Assembly: GCA_030141605.1 (NCBI GenBank)
Contig: JAQGDQ010002519.1
Span: 1 to 11,840, forward strand
Source: Tubiluchus corallicola
Lineage: Eukaryota > Animalia > Priapulida
DNA: 11,840 nt
Direction: 5' to 3'
Part shown: positions 1 through 7,845 of the stretch, one piece after another
How the letters are laid out: each line of letters begins with the position of its first letter
Position numbering within the stretch: position 1 is the stretch's first letter
The notes under the pieces: generated by a model
The model's input: only the letters and a program-made list of their open reading frames with translations
Told to the model about the DNA's origin: nothing
The model's database searches: none
Made by a program: the position numbers and the translations under genes

Positions 1-669
1 TTTCTACAGCAAGGGAGCATTAGAGTAGGGGAGATGCGACGAATGTTGTATGGTTTAGTTGTGTTGTCGTTGTTATTTGGTATTTGGCTAATATATGAAG
101 GAACCAAAGAAATTGCTTCTTGTTACTTAGTGGCTTTTTTTATTTTGGGTTTAGGGGCTATTGTTTCTGCGTTGAAATATACTTTGGGAAAAAGACCTTA
201 TGGCTATATGGCTTTGGGAGATTTGTTTGTATTTGTTTTTTTTGGATTGGCAAGTGTGTTAGGTGTCTTTTTTCTGCACACCAACACATTAGATTGGAAT
301 ATTGTTTTACCTGCTGTTTCTGTGGGCTTGTTTAGTATTGGTGTTTTAAACCTGAATAATTTACGCGATGTAGAGAATGATAAGGTAAAAGGAAAGCGAA
401 CTTTGGTGGTGGTACTGGGACAAAGTAGGGCTAAAATGTATTATGGTTTTCTTATTGTAGGCGGTATTGTGTTTTCTTTTATTTATAGTGTGTTGAATTA
501 CACATCCCCTATTAGTTTTCTTTTTATTTTATGTTTACCTATCTTTGTAAGAAGTGTTACGGTTGTATTTAATAATAAAAATCCTCTAAAATTAGACAAA
601 GAATTACCAAAATTGTCAATTGCTACTTTTATTTTTTCTATACTGATAGGTGTAGGTCAGTTGGCTTAA
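1..669 (+). CDS. menA: 1,4-dihydroxy-2-naphthoate octaprenyltransferase (UbiA prenyltransferase family), 5'-truncated by the window edge
   Basis: The frame is open from base 1 (FLQQGSIRVGEMRR...), so the ATG at 34 is internal. Polytopic membrane protein with MenA-type motifs YTLGKRPYGYMALGDLFVFVFFG and the Asp-rich NLNNLRDVENDKVKGKRTL. Confidence 0.92.
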   Translation, partial: FLQQGSIRVGEMRRMLYGLVVLSLLFGIWLIYEGTKEIASCYLVAFFILGLGAIVSALKYTLGKRPYGYMALGDLFVFVFFGLASVLGVFFLHTNTLDWNIVLPAVSVGLFSIGVLNLNNLRDVENDKVKGKRTLVVVLGQSRAKMYYGFLIVGGIVFSFIYSVLNYTSPISFLFILCLPIFVRSVTVVFNNKNPLKLDKELPKLSIATFIFSILIGVGQLA

Positions 670-681
670 AGCGAGTGAAAA

Positions 682-1734
682 ATGGGAACTAAAAGGAAAT
701 CATTTTTATATGTAAAGGCAGTATTCTTATATGTGCTCTTGCTGATATTAATTATTGTATATATAGGCTATTCTTATACTTTTAGTAGTAATGTGAGGAT
801 AGAAAATAAGGAGGAGCAAACACACTTGTACATACCTACAGGGGCTACTTTTGAAGATATAGTAACTACTTTGGAAAACGAGGACGTACTGAAGAGTATA
901 AAATCTTTTGTATGGTTGGCAAAACGAAAAAATTACCCAAACAAGATAAAGGCAGGTAAGTATCTCATTAAAGATGGGTGGAGTAACAATAGGCTGATAA
1001 ATCTTCTCCGTTCGGGCGAACAGGATGTAGTAAAACTCACTTTTAACAATATAAGGTTTAAAGAGGATTTAGCAGGTGCTGTATCAAAAAAAATAGAGGC
1101 AGACTCTTTAAGTATAATAAATCTGTTGAATAATAAGGAACTTTTACAAGAGTTTAATCTCAACACCACTATTGCAACCTCTATATTTATTCCTGATACT
1201 TATGAAATTTATTGGAATACCAGTGCAGAACAGCTGGTACGTAGGATGCACAGGGAATACAACCTGTTTTGGAATAAAACAAGAAAAAAAAGATTGAAAG
1301 AAATAAAACTAACAGAAATAGAGGTGCTTACTTTGGCTTCTATTGTGGATGAGGAAACCAACAAGAACGATGAAAAACCACGTGTAGCAGGTGTATACAT
1401 CAATAGGTTGAAAAAGAAAATGAGACTGCAAGCCGACCCTACTATAAAATTTGCTTTGGGCGATTTTGCCGTAAAACGTATCTTAAAAAAAGACTTGAAA
1501 ATCAATTCGCCTTACAATACATATAAGTATAGAGGATTGCCGCCATCTCCTATTCGTCTCCCTTCTATTAGTGCTATAGATGCGGTGCTGGGGTATGAAA
1601 AGCACGATTATATTTTCTTTTGTGCAAAAGAGGATTCGTCAGGCTATCACACTTTTTCTAAGAGCTATAACGAGCATCTGAAGAATGCAAGAAAATATCA
1701 AAAATCCTTAAATGAAAGGCAGATTTATAGGTAG
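682..1734 (+). CDS. mltG: Endolytic peptidoglycan transglycosylase MltG (YceG family)
   Basis: Single N-terminal TM helix; motifs LASIVDEET (catalytic Glu), VAGVYINRL..M.LQADPT, SPYNTY..GLPPSPI, H.FSKSY.EH. Starts 12 nt after the menA stop, probably co-transcribed. Confidence 0.95.
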   Translation: MGTKRKSFLYVKAVFLYVLLLILIIVYIGYSYTFSSNVRIENKEEQTHLYIPTGATFEDIVTTLENEDVLKSIKSFVWLAKRKNYPNKIKAGKYLIKDGWSNNRLINLLRSGEQDVVKLTFNNIRFKEDLAGAVSKKIEADSLSIINLLNNKELLQEFNLNTTIATSIFIPDTYEIYWNTSAEQLVRRMHREYNLFWNKTRKKRLKEIKLTEIEVLTLASIVDEETNKNDEKPRVAGVYINRLKKKMRLQADPTIKFALGDFAVKRILKKDLKINSPYNTYKYRGLPPSPIRLPSISAIDAVLGYEKHDYIFFCAKEDSSGYHTFSKSYNEHLKNARKYQKSLNERQIYR

Positions 1735-1779
1735 TATAGTTATGCCTAAGATAGTAGCGTTATTTTTATAAATTGACTG

Positions 1780-1861
1780 TTAGTTTCTTAGATTTTTGTG
1801 TTCTTTTTGGAGGGTAGTTGGGGTCTATGGTTTTTACATTTTCGTAACTAAGGTCGTATAA
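1780..1861 (-). pseudogene. Possible residual C-terminal fragment of a Type IIG (Eco57I/TaqI-like) restriction-modification gene
   Basis: The minus strand reads LYDLSYENVKTIDPNYP (1861-1811), then QKEHKNLRN* after a frame change. This resembles, from memory, the LY(G/D)L(T/S)Y.EV.(I/V)IDP...EEY tail of Bacteroidota Type IIG enzymes. Very short, no start codon. Confidence 0.3.
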
Positions 1862-1927
1862 TATTCTAAAATGCCGTGCAACTTAGAAAATAGATTTTGT
1901 TTAAAGAAAGTGAACAGATATATGTTG

Positions 1928-1935
1928 TATATTTG
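1928..1935 (+). promoter_or_regulatory. Bacteroidota sigma-A -7 element (TAnnTTTG) for recQ
   Basis: TATATTTG ends 16 nt upstream of the recQ ATG. No correctly spaced -33 TTTG seen. Confidence 0.6.
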
Positions 1936-1951
1936 AATTTTCTATTCATCA

Positions 1952-3868
1952 ATGGACACCTATCACAAGACACTCAAACGATATTGGGGCTATGAAGAGT
2001 TCCGCACCTTGCAGTTAGATATTATCCAACAGATAGCCCAAGGTAAGGATACGCTTGGGCTGATGCCTACGGGTGGAGGTAAGTCTATTACATTTCAAAT
2101 TCATTCTCTTACCAACGAAGGTATCTGCCTTGTAGTTACACCACTTATTGCGTTGATGAAAGACCAAGTAGAGAGTCTTAAAAAAAAAGGAATACGCGCT
2201 ACTATGGTACATTCAGGGATGAGCCATAGGGATATCACTATTCAATTAGACAACTGTTTATACGGCAATTTTAAGTTTCTCTACCTATCTCCAGAAAGGT
2301 TGCAAACAGAATTGTTTCAAAATAGGTTGAAAAAATTCAATATTAATCTATTAGTTGTAGATGAAGCTCATTGTATATCGCAATGGGGGTATGATTTTCG
2401 TCCCACTTACTTACAAATAGCAGAAATAAGAAAGCAAATACCTGACGTGCCTGTATTGGCTCTTACAGCTACAGCTACCTCTGAAGTAGCGGCAGATATA
2501 CAGAAAAAAATGCTTTTCAAGGCAGAGAATTTGCTAAAAAAGAGCTTTGAGCGTAAGAATCTTATCTATGTTGTTCGTGAAATAGAAAATAAATATGGCT
2601 ACTTACTGAAAATATTGTCGAAGGTAGAAGGTAGTGGCATTATATATGTGCGAAGTAGGAGCAAGACGAGAGAAATAGCAGAGTTTCTACAATCGCAGGG
2701 AATAGAAGCAGCCTACTACCATGCAGGTTTAGAAACGGAGGAAAAGGACAGGAAACAAAACGAATGGCAGGAGGATAAGACACGTATTATTGTTTCTACC
2801 AGTGCCTTTGGAATGGGGATAGACAAGCCTAATGTGAGAATAGTATTGCATTTTGATATTCCTGATTGTTTAGAGGCTTATTTTCAAGAGGCAGGACGTG
2901 CAGGTAGAGATAGTAAGCAGGCGTATGCTGTTTTACTTTATAACAAGATGGATATAGCTAATGAGAAACGGAGGACAACAGTTGCTTTCCCTAAAACGAA
3001 TTATATAAAACGGGTATATGAAGCAATAAGCAATTTCTATCAAATTGGAGAAGGGACAGGTGCTAATCATTCGTTTGGTTTTGATATGTTTAAGTTTGCG
3101 AGTAGGTTTAAACTTCAAATGAATGCTATATATAGTAGTCTGAAAGTATTGCAAAGTTGTGGTTATATAGAGTTTAGTGAGAATGTGCAATTCACTACGC
3201 GTGTATGGTTTATTGTGTCGCGCGATGATTTATACAAACTTAATACTCGCAATCCTGAGTTGGATTTACTTATCAAAACAATATTACGTTCTTATACAGG
3301 TATATTTTCTGATTATGTGGGAATAGATGAAAATACTATTGCGAAGAAAACAAAAATCTCAAAGCATAAAATATATAAACATTTACTTTATTTAAGTAAA
3401 TGTCGTATCATAAAGTTCATACCACGTAAGCAAATACATGTTATAACTTACCTCACAAACAGGGAGAATAAGAAATATGTAAAAATAACAAGAGAAAGTT
3501 ACCACGATAGGAAAGAACGCTATTTGCATAGGCTAGAGCATATGTTAACATATGCACAACAAACGACTAGATGTAGGAGCGTCTTTTTATTAAAATACTT
3601 TGGAGAAACTGCTGCAAGACCTTGTGGGGAGTGTGATGTGTGTAGAAAAGTCTATAAAACAAGTATTAAGACTCAAGATTTTGAGAAAATAAAAGCGGAG
3701 TTAGAAAAGTTGTTGGAAAATAAAAGTCTAAGTTTGGAAACCATTGTAGACCACATAAATTTCAATGAAGACAAAGTTATGCAAGTGGTCAATTGGCTAC
3801 TGGACAGCAGAGCATTGGTAAAGCAAGACGGTCTAATTTTACTTGATAAGGTGAAAAATGAAAATTAG
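1952..3868 (+). CDS. recQ: RecQ-family ATP-dependent DNA helicase (HRDC-less, RecQ2/RecS-like architecture)
   Basis: Walker A MPTGGGKS, DEAHCISQWGYDFRP, ALTATAT, AFGMGIDK, QEAGRAGRD, and the Zn-binding CR...YFGE....CGECDVC. About 190 aa separate the helicase core from the Zn motif, and no HRDC domain is evident. Confidence 0.93.
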   Translation: MDTYHKTLKRYWGYEEFRTLQLDIIQQIAQGKDTLGLMPTGGGKSITFQIHSLTNEGICLVVTPLIALMKDQVESLKKKGIRATMVHSGMSHRDITIQLDNCLYGNFKFLYLSPERLQTELFQNRLKKFNINLLVVDEAHCISQWGYDFRPTYLQIAEIRKQIPDVPVLALTATATSEVAADIQKKMLFKAENLLKKSFERKNLIYVVREIENKYGYLLKILSKVEGSGIIYVRSRSKTREIAEFLQSQGIEAAYYHAGLETEEKDRKQNEWQEDKTRIIVSTSAFGMGIDKPNVRIVLHFDIPDCLEAYFQEAGRAGRDSKQAYAVLLYNKMDIANEKRRTTVAFPKTNYIKRVYEAISNFYQIGEGTGANHSFGFDMFKFASRFKLQMNAIYSSLKVLQSCGYIEFSENVQFTTRVWFIVSRDDLYKLNTRNPELDLLIKTILRSYTGIFSDYVGIDENTIAKKTKISKHKIYKHLLYLSKCRIIKFIPRKQIHVITYLTNRENKKYVKITRESYHDRKERYLHRLEHMLTYAQQTTRCRSVFLLKYFGETAARPCGECDVCRKVYKTSIKTQDFEKIKAELEKLLENKSLSLETIVDHINFNEDKVMQVVNWLLDSRALVKQDGLILLDKVKNEN

Positions 3869-4033
3869 AAAATTCTTATTTCTTATTCTGTAGCAAAATA
3901 GGCTTTATTGAGATGTTGTCTCGTTGTGGCAGCTATCTTTTTCATTTCTTCTATGCTGGCAGTGTCTTTATATTGTTTTTATTGAATTTTATTTCATTTC
4001 TGTAAAAAGGTCTGTATAATTGACAGTTTGAAA

Positions 4034-4068
4034 TTAGCATAGATAGAATATTGTTTTGTCTGTGCTAA
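4034..4068 (+). other. 15-bp RNA hairpin between convergent recQ and lyase genes (possible terminator or 3' stability element)
   Basis: TTAGCATAGATAGAA (4034-4048), loop TATTG, TTTTGTCTGTGCTAA (4054-4068). All 15 positions pair on the + strand, with three G-U wobbles. No U-tract follows on the + strand. Confidence 0.5.
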
Positions 4069-4102
4069 AAGAGAAATATCTTATATGCTGGGAGTATATA
4101 AC

Positions 4103-7100
4103 TCACATTTTTTTAAGTTGTAATTGATAGGTTTCAGCATTGTGGCAATTAAATACTATTATTGTTTCGTTGTTAATAACGTTCACTGTTTTTACTTGCT
4201 CAGGTTTTTGGACCGCTTGCCATTTGCCTTTTAATGTAAGTGTTACAAGCATTGTTTCACCTCTTTCAAATATATCCTCCAAGTCATTGGCTTGGGCTGT
4301 TGTTGTCAAATGCGAGCGTCTAAAGTCAGGATCAGTGAGACTAAGTAACACAGCATCATTTTCCTCCTCTTTATACATTATTAATACTGGAGCTGATATG
4401 TTTTTTACTAGTCCAAAACTTTTATAATTATTGGGGTCAAATACAGCATAAGCAATAGCATTATAATTATTATGTTGTAGTATATGAGCGGTATTGTTTT
4501 TAGCGATTACTTTGTAGGGTATGTTTTGTGTGTACTCATAAGCCTTATCAGGTGTTGAGTTTATTAAGATAGTATATTCATACTCTTCTTTCTTAGGACT
4601 TGTCCCGTGATTAAGCCAAGCTATAGCGTAGTCTCCCTCAGTTTCTATTGCTGTATTAGGGTGCTTGGAGTTTTGATGTTGTCTTTTTATCTCAATATTT
4701 TGCCCCTTAGGTATTATGTAAGCGTTGTTTTTGGAGTCCATCAACCAAGTATTTTTTTTGCTTCTCAAAGTCTCTTCGTAGGGAAATTCTGTAATTTTTT
4801 TATTTGAACTAATATATGTAGGCTCTGAACTGCTTTGTATGAATGTTTGAAATAATGTAGTCTCTGTAGAATATAAATCGTTATTATTATTTATATCTGA
4901 GCCAAGGCATATAATTTCGTTGCCAAAGAAAAAAACTGATTTATTAGCCGTGAAACCTATTTCATACACACTATCTATTAATTGCATAGACCATACCCCG
5001 TTTTCATTGTCGCAGGTAGTTGCTCCAAGAAAAGTGCTAGGCGAAAAATTACGATGCTTCAAACCGTCTTTTTTAGTACATTTAATATTTTCTAAAGCTT
5101 GTCCTATGGCAGTAGTTCCGGGCCAATGTGTCCAATCCCAACCTTGTTGTAATGCATATCCTGTGCTAATATAGTCTATAGGGTTGCCTGTACTTTGTAT
5201 CTGCACGCTTCCATAGCTTATATATCTGCCATATAGATTTTCTTTTGCTCCTGATTCAAAGTCATATATATACTGACTCCAACCCTTAGCCGTTACTAAC
5301 CACTCGCCTTGTCTATGAACTGCTAATCCCGCAAAAGGTTTAGACCAAAAACCATTAGGAGCTTTTTCAGGTGCTATGCCTTCATTAGCAAGATCCATCA
5401 TTATTTCTATTTCTCCTAATGTGTGAAAGTAGGGTATACCTGTCCCTGCATTTGGGAATAAGGTTTTTTTAAGATAATTAGATTCAGGGTCCCACAACCT
5501 CATAAAAATACCAGCCATTTCTTTGTTTATGGTAGGTTGCGAATATGCAAGATATGCGTAAGATGCTATTATTCTGTTTAGTACATCGTGACTTTGTAGT
5601 CGTCCACCTATACTTGCTGGTGTATGGTATTTATTAGACATAATACGTTGTGTGCGTAAAGCATTTTTAAGGTTCTCTACACTTTGTTTCTCCAAGGAGA
5701 AGGGCGTATCGTGTAGCAAGTAATTAATTATAGAAGCACTGAGATATGCATTAGTAGCATATCCATTTCCATACACATCTCTGTGGTGATAACCTGTATA
5801 GTCCGGTTTTATTACATCAGCCCAGCCTTGTCCTATTTCCAAGCCTGCGGATAGATAGTTGATGAGGCAACCCATATATTGCACTTTTTGGGGAGTATCT
5901 TCCATCATCAGTACTCGTAATATATAGGCCATATACTTATTTCTCATAGCATCAGCTGTCGTTTCCAATTTTTCTTGCACAAAGACACATTTGAAATTCA
6001 TAAACCAATCAATAGTGGCTATTTCCCTTTCTAGAATGCCGGCTTCTTTGAGCTCATTGTGCAATGTATATACAGAGAATATATACCCAATAGAGCGACT
6101 GGTTTCGTGGTCAAGCGACCCCAACGAGCTACCTTCAGCCCAGCCTTGGTCATGTAAATAGTCATATAGAAGAAGCATTTTATCTAAGCTCTTTTTATTG
6201 CCATTTATTTTATAATCGTAGGCAAGAGCAAGGCATACTTTTTGAGATATGTCTTCTGATATTTTAGGTTTGTAGGGAGAATTACGAGAGAATATAGGCA
6301 CTCCTGTAATATTACCATCAGAATGTCTTTTGATATTGTATTTGTCAAACTCTTTCACTCCTCTGTTTATAAAGTTATTGAGTGCCTCTTTACGAATTTT
6401 GTAGGCCTCTGAGTTTTTGTATTTGTCCGTTCCAAGTAGCCAAAAATCGAGTCTGTTTTCTATGGTTTTGAAGGCATTTATTTCTTGTTGTGTAATTCTT
6501 TTGAGTGGAGGCAAATAGGGTTTGTATTGACTCCATTTGTAAGTAGCCCAAGCGTGTTTTTCAGGTGTTCCCCTTTGGAATTGATAACTTGATGAACGGT
6601 TGCCTTGCACATGAGTGCTAAATTCCCATAGGTCTAAATATATTTTTCCTTCTGGTGTGTTTGGAGCTTGTATTTTTAGGGTGGTTATTTCATCTTTAGA
6701 ATTAGGGGTATATTGCACATCTTCCTCAAATTTAATCCAAGAATTTCTCCACCCTTTAAAATTAGCTCCGTATTGAAATTGAAATTTTTTTTCATTTAAC
6801 TTGTCATAAAACTCAAAAACAAGATTCCCTTTTAGGGGTGTTTCGTTATATATCCACATAAGTATTCCACCTCGTTTGCTCTGTGCTGTTTCTGTGAGAT
6901 TAGGGAGATTGGTAGCAGTAAGTGTGGATGTTCCTTCCCACACCCATTCTAATGAACTTTTGCCGTGTTTGTAGTGTCGTTTTGAAATAGATAGCTGACC
7001 GTTCTCATCAACAGACCAATTACTTGGCACTTCTTTTTCTTCAAAGGAGATTAAGTTTTCATTGACACTTACTTGGCTTTGTTGAGTTCCTACTGAGTCT

Positions 7101-7207
7101 TCACTCCAAGTAAGAGTTTTTTTCATCTTAGATTTTTGCCCTACACTGTTACTATTTACTGTTAATAATGCAGAAACAATAATGGTTAATAATAGATACC
7201 TGTTCAT
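4103..7207 (-). CDS. Secreted polysaccharide lyase family 8, chondroitin-sulfate ABC lyase-like
   Basis: Signal peptide ending VG|Q. N-terminal beta-sandwich motifs (S..HYKHGKSSLEW.W, NFKGWR). Catalytic region KPDYTGYHHRDVYGNGY (His475, Tyr483), GGR (Arg536), DFE (Glu651), NLYGRY.SYG, GWDW.HWPGTT, then a PL8 C-terminal beta-domain (KSVFFFGNEIICLGSDI, TTLFQ). 1034 aa matches the ABC-type architecture. Confidence 0.9.
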   Translation of the reverse strand: MNRYLLLTIIVSALLTVNSNSVGQKSKMKKTLTWSEDSVGTQQSQVSVNENLISFEEKEVPSNWSVDENGQLSISKRHYKHGKSSLEWVWEGTSTLTATNLPNLTETAQSKRGGILMWIYNETPLKGNLVFEFYDKLNEKKFQFQYGANFKGWRNSWIKFEEDVQYTPNSKDEITTLKIQAPNTPEGKIYLDLWEFSTHVQGNRSSSYQFQRGTPEKHAWATYKWSQYKPYLPPLKRITQQEINAFKTIENRLDFWLLGTDKYKNSEAYKIRKEALNNFINRGVKEFDKYNIKRHSDGNITGVPIFSRNSPYKPKISEDISQKVCLALAYDYKINGNKKSLDKMLLLYDYLHDQGWAEGSSLGSLDHETSRSIGYIFSVYTLHNELKEAGILEREIATIDWFMNFKCVFVQEKLETTADAMRNKYMAYILRVLMMEDTPQKVQYMGCLINYLSAGLEIGQGWADVIKPDYTGYHHRDVYGNGYATNAYLSASIINYLLHDTPFSLEKQSVENLKNALRTQRIMSNKYHTPASIGGRLQSHDVLNRIIASYAYLAYSQPTINKEMAGIFMRLWDPESNYLKKTLFPNAGTGIPYFHTLGEIEIMMDLANEGIAPEKAPNGFWSKPFAGLAVHRQGEWLVTAKGWSQYIYDFESGAKENLYGRYISYGSVQIQSTGNPIDYISTGYALQQGWDWTHWPGTTAIGQALENIKCTKKDGLKHRNFSPSTFLGATTCDNENGVWSMQLIDSVYEIGFTANKSVFFFGNEIICLGSDINNNNDLYSTETTLFQTFIQSSSEPTYISSNKKITEFPYEETLRSKKNTWLMDSKNNAYIIPKGQNIEIKRQHQNSKHPNTAIETEGDYAIAWLNHGTSPKKEEYEYTILINSTPDKAYEYTQNIPYKVIAKNNTAHILQHNNYNAIAYAVFDPNNYKSFGLVKNISAPVLIMYKEEENDAVLLSLTDPDFRRSHLTTTAQANDLEDIFERGETMLVTLTLKGKWQAVQKPEQVKTVNVINNETIIVFNCHNAETYQLQLKKM

Positions 7208-7548
7208 AATATAATCTACGCAATTTTTTTTTCTTTAAAAAAGATAGTCATTTTTTTAAATTTTATTCTACATCAGAGAATTTTATTGCAAAGCCTTTTG
7301 CATCATAAATTCATCATTTGCAAGCCAATAATACTTGGGACTAAATTACAAAATTGAAATACGTTTATTAATTGTAGGATTTAGCATATTAAAGCGTGTA
7401 ACTGTTATTTACCCGCTTTTGAGGTACTGCGATACCCTTTCTATAAACAAGCACAGCACACATTTATGCCTATTGTTTTTGTAAGGATGAAAATTGGCAG
7501 TTTTCAAAAGCTAAAACAATATTTAAAAATCAAATATAAAGGTTTTTC

Positions 7549-7845
7549 TTATTTGTCAAGTATTTTATCTATTGCTTTATCAAAATCCAATGGATTTTCT
7601 TTTTTTGGCTTTGTTGATTCTTTTGTTTTCTTAACCAATTTATCAAAATCAGATTTGCATTCTCTATCTGGGATTATTCTAAATTTTTTGTATTCTTTTT
7701 CTACTGTTGCTTTAGCTACAGCTTTACTTATCCTGCCTGCATTATTTAATATTTCATACTCGTTAAATTGTAAAAAAGAGTTTAATTTCTTTACCCAGTC
7801 AGTCATTTTCACTGCTACATTTCGTTGTGCTTATAAATCTGCATA
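7549..7845 (-). pseudogene. 3' fragment of a RhuM-family gene with an in-frame stop
   Basis: Reads YADL*AQRNVAVKMTDWVKKLNSFLQFNEYEILNNAGRISKAVAKATVEKEYKKFRIIPDRECKSDFDK, matching the RhuM C-terminal pattern YAELQA.R...M.M.DW...LD.FL.FN...IL..AG..S...A...A..EY.KF...QDR...SDFD. TAA at 7833-7831 sits at the usual Gln (CAA). The 5' part of the gene is absent. Confidence 0.85.

Noticed and set aside
1952-3868. RecQ as part of an anti-phage defence system
   Set aside because: It has the ordinary Bacteroidota second-RecQ architecture in a housekeeping context, with no fused nuclease and no intact defence partner.
1732-3893. TAG stops (mltG, recQ, micro-ORF) as possible stop-codon recoding
   Set aside because: The long genes end at expected family lengths, and read-through of the mltG and micro-ORF TAGs meets TAA or TGA within a few codons.
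3883-3978. Minus-strand open stretch KQYKDTASIEEMKKIAATTRQHLNKAYFATE*
   Set aside because: It looks protein-like, but it is only 31 codons, is bounded by stops and matches no family I recognise.
7234-7260. TTTAAAAAA...TTTTTTAAA inverted repeat near the lyase start
   Set aside because: The arms are pure A/T, which is expected by chance at this base composition.
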